The notes below the pieces were generated by a model, which saw only the letters and a program-made list of their open reading frames with translations, had not been told where the DNA came from and ran no database searches. The translations under genes and the position numbers were made by a program. A DNA stretch of 64,000 nt, taken from assembly GCA_963678315.1 (NCBI GenBank), contig OY782781.1:544001-608000 (forward strand), read 5' to 3'. Numbering within the stretch: position 1 is the first letter of the stretch; each line of letters opens with the position of its first letter. The DNA comes from Candidatus Cloacimonadales bacterium. GTDB taxonomy: Bacteria > Cloacimonadota > Cloacimonadia > Cloacimonadales > JAFGVF01. Below are positions 41,053 to 51,759 of this stretch, in pieces.

Positions 41053-41664
41053 CTAGAAATCTATACTTTCTATCTTCTTGGCTGAATAAAGATATCCAGC
41101 AGTCCAGTTAAATATGCTTACTAAAATTGATATTGTAGTAAGTATGTAGATATTAACATTTTCAATAATAGTTATTCCCAAAAAGAAGAGAACAATCAAT
41201 AACGCTACTGGCATGGTTATCCAATATATAATTTTATTGTTTACATCGAAGATATGAGTTTTCCCCTTTGAAGCTAAGTAAAGAGGTAGAGGATAGACAA
41301 TAAGTGCATAAAAAGACATCATTGTAAATATTGCTAAGTAATAATTTAAGCGAAATTGTCCATCTTCAGGAACACCTAGAAACTTATCACTAAAATAAAC
41401 AATAAGACTAAAATATGTGATTAGTAAGGTCTGAATAGTTATCATGAATAAATAAGAACCTTTAATTATATCTTTTCTACTTATTGGAAGAGTTGAATTA
41501 ATCCTGAAATCAGCCAAGAGATGAAGGGTTATTCCATTAAATGACATCCAAGTTAAAAATAAGATGTTGTTATTCTCTATTGAAATAAAGACTATTGGAA
41601 TGATGATAAATCCAAATATCGTTGATAACTTATTAGAGAAATAGCGTTTGTATATCTTAAGCAT
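41053..41664 (-). CDS. ABC-2-type permease
   Basis: About 6 TM segments; TLPISRKDII motif. Confidence 0.75.
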   Translation of the reverse strand: MLKIYKRYFSNKLSTIFGFIIIPIVFISIENNNILFLTWMSFNGITLHLLADFRINSTLPISRKDIIKGSYLFMITIQTLLITYFSLIVYFSDKFLGVPEDGQFRLNYYLAIFTMMSFYALIVYPLPLYLASKGKTHIFDVNNKIIYWITMPVALLIVLFFLGITIIENVNIYILTTISILVSIFNWTAGYLYSAKKIESIDF

Positions 41665-41674
41665 AAATTTACTC

Positions 41675-42529
41675 CTATTTTCTACAATAATGAACCATTA
41701 TATCTTCTACTTTAGGCTTCTCTACTACATAGTTTTCGCCTAAAAGAGAGATAACATCATCCACTTGTCTAGTTAAACCTTCAAAACCAAACTTATTATT
41801 TCTTACATTAACAAAGAGATTCTTAGATGCAGATTCTAATTTAGCATAGTCACCTTTTACTATCTTGTGAGAATCGAGTATGTCATCCTTAGTGCCAAAA
41901 AGGACATTCTTTCCCCCTCTCATGACCATTAAATAGTCCGCACACTTATCTAAATCTGAAGTAATATGAGTAGAGATAATAATGCTTTTATCAGTGTTTT
42001 CAACTTCTAGCATGAGGGTATTAAGAATCTCTTCACGGAAAATAGGATCTAAGCCTGCTGTGGGTTCATCAAGTATGAGAAGTTGAGCATCATGAGATAA
42101 AGCAAAAGCAAGAGAAACCTTAACACGTTCACCTGTAGAAAGCTTCTGAAGTGTACTCTTCTTTCTAATTTCAAATTGTTCAAGATACCATTGATACTTC
42201 TTTTCATCCCACTTAGAATAGAAATGACCATAAGTCTTACCTAAATTCTTTGCTCTTAAACCTGGATTAAAAATCGCATCTGTATTAACAAAACCAATTC
42301 TATCTCTAATTTCAACTGCATCTGTATCTTGGCTTTTCCCAAACACTTCCACTAAGCCTGATTTCTTTACAGCCATTCCAATGATTGTCTTGATTAATGT
42401 TGTTTTACCCGAGCCATTAGGTCCAACTATGCCTAAAATCGTCCCTTTCTCTAGAGAAAAACTAATCTCTCCCAATGTAAAATGTCTATATTCCTTAACT
42501 AGATTCTTAATGTTTATAATCTTACTCAT
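41675..42529 (-). CDS. ABC transporter ATP-binding protein (YtrB-like)
   Basis: GPNGSGKTT, LSTGE, LILDEPTAGLD and STH motifs; ATG at 42529 follows GAGGAG. Confidence 0.9.
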   Translation of the reverse strand: MSKIINIKNLVKEYRHFTLGEISFSLEKGTILGIVGPNGSGKTTLIKTIIGMAVKKSGLVEVFGKSQDTDAVEIRDRIGFVNTDAIFNPGLRAKNLGKTYGHFYSKWDEKKYQWYLEQFEIRKKSTLQKLSTGERVKVSLAFALSHDAQLLILDEPTAGLDPIFREEILNTLMLEVENTDKSIIISTHITSDLDKCADYLMVMRGGKNVLFGTKDDILDSHKIVKGDYAKLESASKNLFVNVRNNKFGFEGLTRQVDDVISLLGENYVVEKPKVEDIMVHYCRK

Positions 42530-42533
42530 ATGC

Positions 42534-42905
42534 TTACTCCTCACTTAATATTTTTAGTATTTGAACTAACTCATCGAAATTCAGATTAATCGTCTTTGCT
42601 TCTTTTAAGGCTGAAGTAAGATGTTCCTCAACCCTACGCATTCTCATCTCTTTTAAATACTCTAAGTTAGCTTTAGCAACAAAGGTTCCTTTACCAGGAA
42701 CAGTCTCAACAAAACGCTCTCGTTCAAGCTCAGTGTATGCCTTCTTGGTGGTAATTACACTAATCTTGAGCTCCCTAGCTAAGCTTCTTATTGAAGGAAG
42801 CATATCGCCATCTGCTAGTTCTTTACTGAGAATCTGTTCTTTTATTTGCTCTGCTATCTGTTGGTAAATAGGCTTTTCAGAGCTATTACTTATCAGAATA
42901 ATCAT
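42534..42905 (-). CDS. GntR-family (YtrA subfamily) regulator
   Basis: PIYQQI, LPSIRSLA, ISVITTKKAY and GKGTFV motifs; short C-terminus. Confidence 0.92.
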   Translation of the reverse strand: MIILISNSSEKPIYQQIAEQIKEQILSKELADGDMLPSIRSLARELKISVITTKKAYTELERERFVETVPGKGTFVAKANLEYLKEMRMRRVEEHLTSALKEAKTINLNFDELVQILKILSEE

Positions 42906-42965
42906 AAGTATTTCCTTTCTTAAGTTTAAACTGTCAACTTACACTAAAGTAATGAAAAGTTATTA

Positions 42966-42986
42966 GTGTATATATCGTATATACAC
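42966..42986. promoter_or_regulatory. YtrA-type operator palindrome
   Basis: GTGTATATA-TCG-TATATACAC, 60 bp upstream of the GntR gene. Confidence 0.75.
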
Positions 42987-43129
42987 AATCTAATCAGTTT
43001 TGATTATTCGTCAAGGAAAAAGTTGTTGATAGGGGGAATGACAAGTCTTAATCAAATAAAATGGACAAGCCTAGTATCCTATTATGAAAAGGAATTTAAC
43101 TTGTCCAATTGAGTTATTTGAAGTGAAAA

Positions 43130-44533
43130 TTATTTTTCTGTAAGAAGTTTTCCTATTGATTTATTATATTTTAGTTTTGATATTTCTAGCTCCATTTTAG
43201 CAGAAGTGAGTTGGCTTTTAACCTTTTGCCATGAAGCTTGGGCATCTAATAATTCTGTTAATGTTTCTCTTCCAGCAGTGAAACTATCATTAACTATACG
43301 AAGGTTCTCTTCTGCTTGTTCTAATGAGAGTAGAGAAATATTGTAAGCTGTTATGGCATCTTGATAAGCAAACTTATTCTTATTTACTTCTAGCTCCATC
43401 AATTCTTTGTAGTGGTCAAAGTTTAGCTCTGAGATATTATGTTCATTCTTAGCAACACCAACCTTATAAAAAGAATCAAACCATTGAAATATTGGAACAG
43501 ATAAATTAGCTAAAATAGTGTATTCGACAGACTCGCTAGTCTCATCATTTAGTTCATACTCAAGATAAGAATAATCAGCAGATAGACCTATTTGAGGAAG
43601 AAAATCAGCTCTAGCGATATCAATCTTCTTTTTAGAGACCTGCACAGATTTAGCAAGAACTTGATAGTCTCTTCTATTCTGGATTGCTGGATTAGTATCT
43701 ATATCTAATTGAGGAATAATCTCTATATTCTCCAGTGCCATATCATTAGTATTTGAACCTATCTTCTGAGACAAATCCATTTTGCTAAGTTTTAAACCAT
43801 GTTTTGCTTTCTCTACCATAAGCTTTGTTTCATTGAGTTTAACTTGAGCTTTTAATAGATCATTTCTGGTTCTTAGCCCTGCATCAACAGCATTCTCTAC
43901 ATCAGCAACTAAATTAGTAAGCATTTCATTATACTCTCTTGCTGTTGCCAGATTCTCTTGAACTGTTAACACACGCCAATATGATTCAGTTACATCTACA
44001 ATTAGTTGCTCTTTGGACATTGAGAACTGAAGCTGAGAGATATCTTTCCCAATCTTAGCAATATTGTATGCTGAATTAATCTTACCACCCATGTAGATAG
44101 GTTGCTTTAGAGAAAGACCTGCCATTAAACCACTTTTAGGAAGAACCTCTGCTGTAATATCCGGCATATAAGCATAACTAGTAAATACTGGATTACCGTC
44201 TGGACCGATAACAAGGTTACCTGTTGCATCTGTAAGTAGATTAGCCTGTAAAGCACCATTAGCATCTGGTGAATAAGTAGGTAAATACCCACCATCTAGA
44301 GTAAGGTCTGTAGCATTCTCTCTAAGCATATAGTTAGCTGAAAATGACAGTTTTGGTAGAAAGTTCGTTCTATAAGACTTCCTAGTTTTCTCAGCATTCT
44401 CAACCTTTATCTCACTTTGTTTAAGAAGCTTATTATTCTCAAAGCTCATATTTATTGCTTGGTCCAAAGAGAGATTTACACTAAATAAAGAAGCAACTGC
44501 AAATACCATTAACAAAATATATAATCTCTTCAT
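43130..44533 (-). CDS. TolC-family outer-membrane efflux protein
   Basis: Signal peptide; two OEP repeats (FLPKLSF...QPIYMGG; FLPQIGL...VPIFQW). Confidence 0.9.
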   Translation of the reverse strand: MKRLYILLMVFAVASLFSVNLSLDQAINMSFENNKLLKQSEIKVENAEKTRKSYRTNFLPKLSFSANYMLRENATDLTLDGGYLPTYSPDANGALQANLLTDATGNLVIGPDGNPVFTSYAYMPDITAEVLPKSGLMAGLSLKQPIYMGGKINSAYNIAKIGKDISQLQFSMSKEQLIVDVTESYWRVLTVQENLATAREYNEMLTNLVADVENAVDAGLRTRNDLLKAQVKLNETKLMVEKAKHGLKLSKMDLSQKIGSNTNDMALENIEIIPQLDIDTNPAIQNRRDYQVLAKSVQVSKKKIDIARADFLPQIGLSADYSYLEYELNDETSESVEYTILANLSVPIFQWFDSFYKVGVAKNEHNISELNFDHYKELMELEVNKNKFAYQDAITAYNISLLSLEQAEENLRIVNDSFTAGRETLTELLDAQASWQKVKSQLTSAKMELEISKLKYNKSIGKLLTEK

Positions 44534-44535
44534 CT

Positions 44536-47500
44536 TTACTCCCCTTTTTTAGCTTTTACATTAAAAAGAATACAGTACATAACTGGGATAAATATCAGAA
44601 CAATAAGCGTTCCGACTAGTAATCCACCCATTATGGTTACAGCTAAGCCACCAAACATATCATCAGGGACTAGAGGCACCATACCCAAAATAGTAGTTAA
44701 GGAAGCCATCATTACAGGTCTTGTTCTAGATACAGCTGAATCAACAACTGCATTATAAGCATCTTTCCCGTTATTAATTTCTTCACCAATTTCATCTAGC
44801 AGAACTACACCATTCTTAATCATCATTCCCAGTAAACCTAAAGCACCCACAATAGCAGTGAAACCAAATTCCTTACCGGTTAGAAGCATTCCAGCAGTAA
44901 TACCAATAAGAATAAGGGGAAGACTAGAAATGATTATGATAGGCTTTTTAAAGTCTTTAAATAGAATGATTAGCATTGAGAGCATAAGTACCACAGCTAA
45001 AGGTAAATTCAAGAATAAGTACTTCTTCGAATTATTACTTGCTTGATACTCACCTTGCCAAGCAAGTTCATAGCCAGCAGGAAGATTGATTGCTTCAACA
45101 TCAGCTTTAATTGCATTTAGTGCTTCTGTGGCATTATAGCCCGAAGCATTATTACATTGTGCTTTGATAGCACGCTGACTATTATACCTTCTAATCACGG
45201 GTTCTTCCCATTTTGTATAAATCCCCTTTGTTACTTGGGAAAGAGGAATAGAACCGTAGAATTCGCTAAGATCTATATTTTGGTCCATGACCATGTTTTG
45301 AATAGTAGTCTTATCAGGAAGGTGTAGCGGGAATGCACTCCATACTGGGAAGTTATTTAAATCTTCAATCTTAGAACCATCACTTTCAATACTCTTTATC
45401 ATTATTGGCAAAGAAGTATTACCCTCGTACATCTTTCCAATAGGAATTCCATCAGTAGCTGCAAGAATAGAAGTACCAAGATCAGATCTTGAAATACCAC
45501 TTCTTCTAGCAGTAGCCTGGTAGTAATCTACAAGTAAATAAGGAGTCTGAGGCTCCCAATCATTGGTTACTAGAATTGTCTTATCATTCTTATCCATTAT
45601 CTCTTGAGCTTGACTTGCTAAATCTCTAAGCACTGCAGGATCCGGACCTGTAAACATTGCTTCAATAGGGAATTTCTTGTACATTAGATTATAGCGTTTA
45701 ATTCTGCTAAAAGCTTCTGGATAGTTTGTATTTAAGTATTCTTGTAATTCTGGAATCATCTTTTTAAGAGTTTCTGCATCAGTGAAATCAACAATTAGTT
45801 CTCCATAAGACATAGAATTCTCAGCTATAGAACGAACTAGATTATAACGTGAAGGAGTTCCACCAATACTAGTTGTAATATTTGTTATCTCTTCTCTAGC
45901 TAAGAAGTTATCTTCTATTTCAGCCAGCTTTGCTTTGATTGTCTCTGATTTAGTCCCTTCCGGCATCTTGAATTCAACGTATACTTGATTATAAGAAAGA
46001 TCAGGAAAGAATCCCTGCTTTATTTGTTTGAATCCAAAAAAACTAGCGATTAAGAGAATGATTGTTAAAGCTATCATTAATGTTTTATGATTAACAGACC
46101 AGACAATAGTCTTTCTAATTGCTTTTTTAGTTAAGCTCTCTTTAGCATCTTTAGCTTTGACTTTAACTTTTAAGAACTTTTCTGATGAGATTGGTGTTTG
46201 TGTAAGAGCAAGAATCCAGCTCATTAGTAGAGAAACAGCCAACACAATAAATAAGTCCTTGATATACTCTCCAGTAGTATCAGGAGATAAGAATATAGGC
46301 AAGAAAGCAAAGATAGCGATTAAGGTAGCTCCCAAGAGAGGGAAAGCAGTCTTTTTAGCTGTTCTAACAAGAGCTTCTTTGCGATTAAGTCCCTTCTCAA
46401 GATCATTAATGATACCATCTACAACAACAATTGCATTATCGACCAACATACCCATGGCTACTATAAAAGCACCAAGTGAAACTCTTTGTAATGTTCCGTC
46501 TAACATAAAGAGAATTACAAATGTTGAAAGTATTGTAAGAACTAAACTATAACCAATGAGAATACCGCTTCTAAGCCCCATCACGAACATAAGAATTAAG
46601 ATAACAATAGCAACTGATTCTATTAGGTTTATCATGAAATTATTGATAGCAATATCTACTTTTTCTGGCTGGAAGAAGACTTTTTCAAATTCTATACCTT
46701 CAGGAATCCTAGTCTTTAAAGAACTAATCTTATCATCAACAGCCTGACCTAAATTAATGATGTTTCCACCTGATTGCATTGCAATAGAGATACCCAGTGC
46801 TTGTTTTTTATTATATCGTAACTCATTTCTGAAAGGTTCTTTATAGCCTCTTGTTACTTTAGCAATATCTTTAAGTTTCATTTGATCATTCTCATGACCC
46901 TGAATAATTAAGTTCTCTATGTCATCAATTGATTTATAAGTGTCATTAACAGCAACTCTTATTCTAGAATCACCTGACTCATAAGATCCTGAATAAACCG
47001 ATTCATTTTGAGAGTTAATAGTATTTAATACTTCTATAGGCAAAACTCCAAGTCTAGCCATGTCTTGTCTAGAAACTTCGATATTTATACATGGACTTTG
47101 ATTTCCGTAGATAGATACACGTTTTACATCATCTAAAGAAAGTAGCTCTCTTTTAAGAAGCTCCGCATAATCACTCATTTCTTCATAAGTATAATCATCA
47201 GATGTCATGGCATAGAACATTCCATATACATCTCCGAAGTCATCAAAGACTAATGAAGTTTGAGCTCCGCTAGGTAAGGAATTTTGGATATCACTAACTT
47301 TTCTACGTAAAGAATCCCATAATTGCTCAACTTCTTCATTGCCTACAGTTTTACCTAACTCGACTTTTATTTCAGAATAGTTGGCTAAGCTTCGAGAAGA
47401 AATATTATCTAACTTACCCATGGTGTTGAGAGATTTCTCTAAGGGATCTGTTACCTGCATTTCTACTTCATGAGCTGTTGCACCTGGGTAAAGAGTTATT

Positions 47501-47640
47501 ACCAATGCCTGCTTTACCTTTAACTCAGGATCTTCCAATTTGCTCATATTTATGAAAGAGAAGACTCCTCCAACTATGATTACAAATATTAGGAAGTATA
47601 AAACTGCTTTATTTTTGAAAGCTAGCTCTGTTAAGTTCAT
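44536..47640 (-). CDS. RND efflux permease (AcrB family)
   Basis: 1034 aa; YPGATA.EVE..VTDPLE, GMLVDNAIVV and RTRPVMMASLTT motifs. Confidence 0.95.
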   Translation of the reverse strand: MNLTELAFKNKAVLYFLIFVIIVGGVFSFINMSKLEDPELKVKQALVITLYPGATAHEVEMQVTDPLEKSLNTMGKLDNISSRSLANYSEIKVELGKTVGNEEVEQLWDSLRRKVSDIQNSLPSGAQTSLVFDDFGDVYGMFYAMTSDDYTYEEMSDYAELLKRELLSLDDVKRVSIYGNQSPCINIEVSRQDMARLGVLPIEVLNTINSQNESVYSGSYESGDSRIRVAVNDTYKSIDDIENLIIQGHENDQMKLKDIAKVTRGYKEPFRNELRYNKKQALGISIAMQSGGNIINLGQAVDDKISSLKTRIPEGIEFEKVFFQPEKVDIAINNFMINLIESVAIVILILMFVMGLRSGILIGYSLVLTILSTFVILFMLDGTLQRVSLGAFIVAMGMLVDNAIVVVDGIINDLEKGLNRKEALVRTAKKTAFPLLGATLIAIFAFLPIFLSPDTTGEYIKDLFIVLAVSLLMSWILALTQTPISSEKFLKVKVKAKDAKESLTKKAIRKTIVWSVNHKTLMIALTIILLIASFFGFKQIKQGFFPDLSYNQVYVEFKMPEGTKSETIKAKLAEIEDNFLAREEITNITTSIGGTPSRYNLVRSIAENSMSYGELIVDFTDAETLKKMIPELQEYLNTNYPEAFSRIKRYNLMYKKFPIEAMFTGPDPAVLRDLASQAQEIMDKNDKTILVTNDWEPQTPYLLVDYYQATARRSGISRSDLGTSILAATDGIPIGKMYEGNTSLPIMIKSIESDGSKIEDLNNFPVWSAFPLHLPDKTTIQNMVMDQNIDLSEFYGSIPLSQVTKGIYTKWEEPVIRRYNSQRAIKAQCNNASGYNATEALNAIKADVEAINLPAGYELAWQGEYQASNNSKKYLFLNLPLAVVLMLSMLIILFKDFKKPIIIISSLPLILIGITAGMLLTGKEFGFTAIVGALGLLGMMIKNGVVLLDEIGEEINNGKDAYNAVVDSAVSRTRPVMMASLTTILGMVPLVPDDMFGGLAVTIMGGLLVGTLIVLIFIPVMYCILFNVKAKKGE

Positions 47641-48698
47641 AGCATTTCTCCATAGTTACTAACAGAAGGTCTTTCAATTGCCTTTACTTTCATATTGTCT
47701 TCAAGATTACTAATCCCTGCTTCAATGATTTCATCATTTATACTTAGTCCAGATTTTATAACAATCCAGCCCTTAGCATCTACCTTACCTACAGTCACAG
47801 CCTGTCTCTTAACTTGCTTATTAGCCCTATTAAATATCCAGACATAATTATTTTCTTGGTCTCTTTCAATTGCTCTAAATGGGACTTTTAAAAGATTTCT
47901 CTCGCGTGATTTACTTAAAATTGTTACTTCTACTGTCATACCTGGAGAAAATCTCTTATCCTTGTTATGCAGATCAAAAATCATCTTATACAACTGATTA
48001 TTATTACCTTTCATAGAAACACTTTTAACAGTCAAAGGGTATCTAGTTGGATTATCTTCAAGTTCCATATAGAAATCAACAAAGTTATTTCTCTGTAAGA
48101 AATATTCTGAAGCTAAGTTAATCTCAACTTGAAGTTTATCATCTGAGAACATCGAGATAGCAGGCATTCCTGCATCTAAGATTTCTCCTTCTTCAAAGTT
48201 GATTCTATTAACATACCCAGAGAAGGGAGCCTTTAATTCAGTATAAGATAAGTTATTCTTCTCAGCTTCATATTTAGCAGTAATTTGTTTCTTTCCTGCT
48301 ACAGCTTTATCATAATCACTTTCACTTATACTATTCTTATTATATAGCTCAATTACCCTATCTACATCTGCAATAATTTTCTCATACTCTGCTTTTACTG
48401 CATTAAACTTATGTAAGTAGTCCTTATTGTCTAATTTTACTAAAACTTGGTCCTTTTTCACATATTGACCCTCTTCAACTAGAAGATCTGCAATGTAACC
48501 AGGGATTCTAAAACTAAGGTTAGCTTCTTTACCTTCGACTATCAAACCAGATGTCTCAATTGTCTCAAGCGAATCCACTTGTTGAGGGGAACATACTTTT
48601 ACAGGCCTGATTATATCAACAGTTTTCTCTTCTTTTCCACAGGAAACAAGTATGATTGCTGCTAGTATACTTAAAATAATTGCTGTGTATCTTTTCAT
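47637..48698 (-). CDS. RND membrane fusion lipoprotein
   Basis: Lipobox ILVS-C; LSFRIPG, LKAPFSG and PGMT motifs; start taken at MKRYTA. Confidence 0.9.
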   Translation of the reverse strand: MKRYTAIILSILAAIILVSCGKEEKTVDIIRPVKVCSPQQVDSLETIETSGLIVEGKEANLSFRIPGYIADLLVEEGQYVKKDQVLVKLDNKDYLHKFNAVKAEYEKIIADVDRVIELYNKNSISESDYDKAVAGKKQITAKYEAEKNNLSYTELKAPFSGYVNRINFEEGEILDAGMPAISMFSDDKLQVEINLASEYFLQRNNFVDFYMELEDNPTRYPLTVKSVSMKGNNNQLYKMIFDLHNKDKRFSPGMTVEVTILSKSRERNLLKVPFRAIERDQENNYVWIFNRANKQVKRQAVTVGKVDAKGWIVIKSGLSINDEIIEAGISNLEDNMKVKAIERPSVSNYGEML

Positions 48699-48699
48699 T

Positions 48700-49290
48700 T
48701 TATTTCTCCTCAATTTTATCATTAATCTTGTTTATTACTCCCTCTAGAAGCATATTATACATTGATTGAATCCTATGTATTATCTCATTATCATTTAAAT
48801 CACTCAAGCAGTAATAATCGAAGATTACCTTAAACCCTTCAATCAATATCTTAGCTTCTATGTTGTCTTTGACTATTCCTGCTTTTTGCAAAGAAAGAAC
48901 TTTATCATTTAACAATATTAATGCTTCATCCCAGTGAACCAATAACTTCTTCCTAATAAAAGGATAATCTTTAAATATCTGTTTCTGAAGTACTCTGTAA
49001 TTACCAATACTTAGCTTGGCTAACTTAAAAGTAAAGTCCTCGTCACATAATGAAGATTTTTCATCTAGTAAGCTATTAAGTACTCCTATTCGTGTTTCTA
49101 TGAGGAAATCATAGGCTATTTTCTCTATTAAATTCTCTTTGGACTGAATTATTTTGTACAATGTTGCCTTAGACAAAGAACTCGCCTTGGCCAAACTATC
49201 CATACTAAGTGATTTTAATCCATTATTGACTATAATCTTCTTAGCTTCATCTTCTATTATCTCAAGATATGATTCATCTTTTGCTTTCAT
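48700..49290 (-). CDS. TetR/AcrR-family regulator
   Basis: GLKSLSMDSLA...LSKATLYK...SKE HTH. Confidence 0.88.
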   Translation of the reverse strand: MKAKDESYLEIIEDEAKKIIVNNGLKSLSMDSLAKASSLSKATLYKIIQSKENLIEKIAYDFLIETRIGVLNSLLDEKSSLCDEDFTFKLAKLSIGNYRVLQKQIFKDYPFIRKKLLVHWDEALILLNDKVLSLQKAGIVKDNIEAKILIEGFKVIFDYYCLSDLNDNEIIHRIQSMYNMLLEGVINKINDKIEEK

Positions 49291-49306
49291 AAATTAAACT
49301 CCACAT

Positions 49307-49326
49307 ACTAACATAGTTTAGTTAGT
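49307..49326. promoter_or_regulatory. Putative TetR operator
   Basis: ACTAAC-N8-GTTAGT palindrome just upstream of tetR. Confidence 0.5.
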
Positions 49327-49430
49327 CTCATTAATTTTGCTTGATAGCTTGTGTCAAGAAGAATATAGCTTGTCTATAATTATTATGTACTCACTTTTTG
49401 TGTTTTAGGCACACTTTAGTGAAATAAACA

Positions 49431-49462
49431 AAAAAAGAGGTGAAGTTATAAACTACACCTCT
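49431..49462 (-). terminator. Rho-independent terminator after the LamG gene
   Basis: AGAGGTG...CACCTCT stem with an A run on the + strand. Confidence 0.7.
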
Positions 49463-49484
49463 ATAAAAGTTCTAACTTTTGTAT

Positions 49485-51386
49485 TTATTTTTGCAAGAGA
49501 AGTTTATTAGTCCATGACTTTCCATTACAAGTCATTTTGCATAAATAAATACCACTAGCAACACTATTACCTTGTTTATTGGTCGCATGCCAAACAACTT
49601 TATAGTTTCCAGGATTGCTATGACTTAACTTTTTATCCCATATTTTTCTTCCAGTAATGCTAAATATTTCAATGCTTACTTCTCCAGCATCTTTTAGTGT
49701 ATAAGAAATTGATGTTGATGGATTGAAGGGGTTTGGGTAAGCAGTATGTAATTTAGTTACCACAGGAATATCTATAGCTGGTGTTTCTGTGTTATTTTCG
49801 ACAAGTATAATAACTGGACCATGATAGTAGTTGCTTCCGTTGAACTCAGATATTTTAAGCCAATAATAGAAAGTTCCTGTTTCCTCCAAGCATTTATCTT
49901 CGAAAGCATAAGTATGATTTAAAGGTGTATTTGTTGCGAAGATTGATTTTCCAACTTGGATAGCAGTCGATAAGTCATTTTCCTTTGATCTAAATATGCT
50001 ATAATCACTTAATCCAGATTCACTATTTGTTACCCAATTTAGTGAAACAGTATTCTCATTTGAGTAAAAACCAGTAAAGGAAGAAAAAGTAACAGGTAGA
50101 GTAGTATCTTCGGTAGAGATAATAATTGGTACATCTCCCTTGCTTGCAAATGGAACATTTGAGAATATCACTTGAGATTCGCCAATTGCAGGATAAGCAC
50201 TCCCCTTATGCCAAGTTAATCCACCATTCTCTGGATCATTGTAATAGGCTACTACATACCAAGTACCAGAAGGGACATTAATTTTCAAATCAGTAGAATA
50301 AGAAGCATTGAAGACCATTACAATATCACTATCAGTAGTATTAGCAGGAGTAGGAACTTCTAAGTTGTTAATAGAACCTTGGTTTGCTGAAATTTGCACA
50401 TCTTCTTGTCCAATATAAGTAAAGCCATTTTGATCTTCTAAAGTAAAAGTACCTACAAAAGATATATTTTTATTACTATTAAGATTATTAATCACATTAC
50501 TATCTGAGCCAGTAGCCAAGCTCCACAGATAATTATCTTTTTCCGCATTGATAGTTTCACTAACACCATTTAAAAGAGTAATTGTTCCAGGGTCATTACC
50601 ATAATCTTTAGTAGCAGTAGAGATGTTTACTCCACTTATATTACCAGTATCAATATTAACTGAATAATAAGGAACATTGCTAGACCAACTAGGTGTATTT
50701 ACTAAAGTGGCATTATAACTATTATTTGCACTATTGATAACTGTGGTTCCAGAACCTGTATTGAATAAGAATTCTGCTAAAAGATTTGATGATGTCACGG
50801 AATTAGTTAGATTATTGGATATTTGACTTTGAGACCTAGCAATGTTCCAGATGCGAACTTGGTCTATATACCCTACCATATTTCTCCATTCACCTGAGTT
50901 ATCAATTGCTCCTATTAAAAGATTCTTTGATGTAATGGAGATATTGGAAGAGACATCTTTTGTAGCCACTTCACTACCATTTACATATACTTTTACTACT
51001 GAACCATTGTAAGTAGCTGCAACATGTTGCCAAGTATTCAAAGTTAACACATTAGTAGCTGTACAATCAATCCAAGCATTATTTGGAGCACTCATATTAA
51101 ATTCTAATGTTCCAGATGTTGATCCATAACGAAAAGACCAGCCATAAGTACCTGGATCCCAATCTACTTTTGAAGCAATAGTGTTTTCCCACCTATTGCT
51201 TTTGAAATTTGTAGGATAAATCCAAGCTTCAATAGTGAGATTATTAGTTAAATCATAGTAGCTCGAATTACCACAATCAACATATTGCCCATCTGTACTC
51301 AGTTGCATTGAGTAATCAACACCACTTAGACTTACACAAAAGAAAATCAAGAAATAAAAAAGAATGAAATAATTTTTTGATGACAT
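49485..51386 (-). CDS. Secreted LamG-like (concanavalin A fold) protein with C-terminal FlgD-Ig/T9SS-like domain
   Basis: Signal peptide; TIEAWI, WQHVAATY, VYVNG, GYIDQVRIWN; TLPVTFSSF domain; AYPNPFNP...ASGIYLC. Confidence 0.85.
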   Translation of the reverse strand: MSSKNYFILFYFLIFFCVSLSGVDYSMQLSTDGQYVDCGNSSYYDLTNNLTIEAWIYPTNFKSNRWENTIASKVDWDPGTYGWSFRYGSTSGTLEFNMSAPNNAWIDCTATNVLTLNTWQHVAATYNGSVVKVYVNGSEVATKDVSSNISITSKNLLIGAIDNSGEWRNMVGYIDQVRIWNIARSQSQISNNLTNSVTSSNLLAEFLFNTGSGTTVINSANNSYNATLVNTPSWSSNVPYYSVNIDTGNISGVNISTATKDYGNDPGTITLLNGVSETINAEKDNYLWSLATGSDSNVINNLNSNKNISFVGTFTLEDQNGFTYIGQEDVQISANQGSINNLEVPTPANTTDSDIVMVFNASYSTDLKINVPSGTWYVVAYYNDPENGGLTWHKGSAYPAIGESQVIFSNVPFASKGDVPIIISTEDTTLPVTFSSFTGFYSNENTVSLNWVTNSESGLSDYSIFRSKENDLSTAIQVGKSIFATNTPLNHTYAFEDKCLEETGTFYYWLKISEFNGSNYYHGPVIILVENNTETPAIDIPVVTKLHTAYPNPFNPSTSISYTLKDAGEVSIEIFSITGRKIWDKKLSHSNPGNYKVVWHATNKQGNSVASGIYLCKMTCNGKSWTNKLLLQK

Positions 51387-51506
51387 ATTAAAAACTCCTT
51401 ATTTATGTTATATTTTACAGTTTTACTAGGTTGCTTTCCTACAAATACATTATACATGACAAAATTATCACTTTAGCATTGGGAATAATCAACAATACAA
51501 TATTAT

Positions 51507-51522
51507 TGCAATCTTAGGACCA
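51507..51522 (-). promoter_or_regulatory. Sigma54 (-24/-12) promoter for the LamG gene
   Basis: TGGTCCTAAGATTGCA = GG-N10-GC, about 120 bp upstream of the start and directly downstream of a sigma54 activator gene. Confidence 0.7.
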
Positions 51523-51759
51523 CTATTCATACTAAACAGAAAAAACCACAAAGTGTTTATTTACAAATAAATACTGTCTCGATTTATATATTTCTATTCT
51601 GAGTTTTCATGATTTACCTGAAAATGAAAAGTTGATGATGAAAATAAATATTATATTGATAATTCACAAACATGAAATCACCAAAAACTAATTTACAAAA
51701 GACATAATATATAAGGATATTAATTGTTAACTTCAATTGATTATGAAGGTTGATTTAGT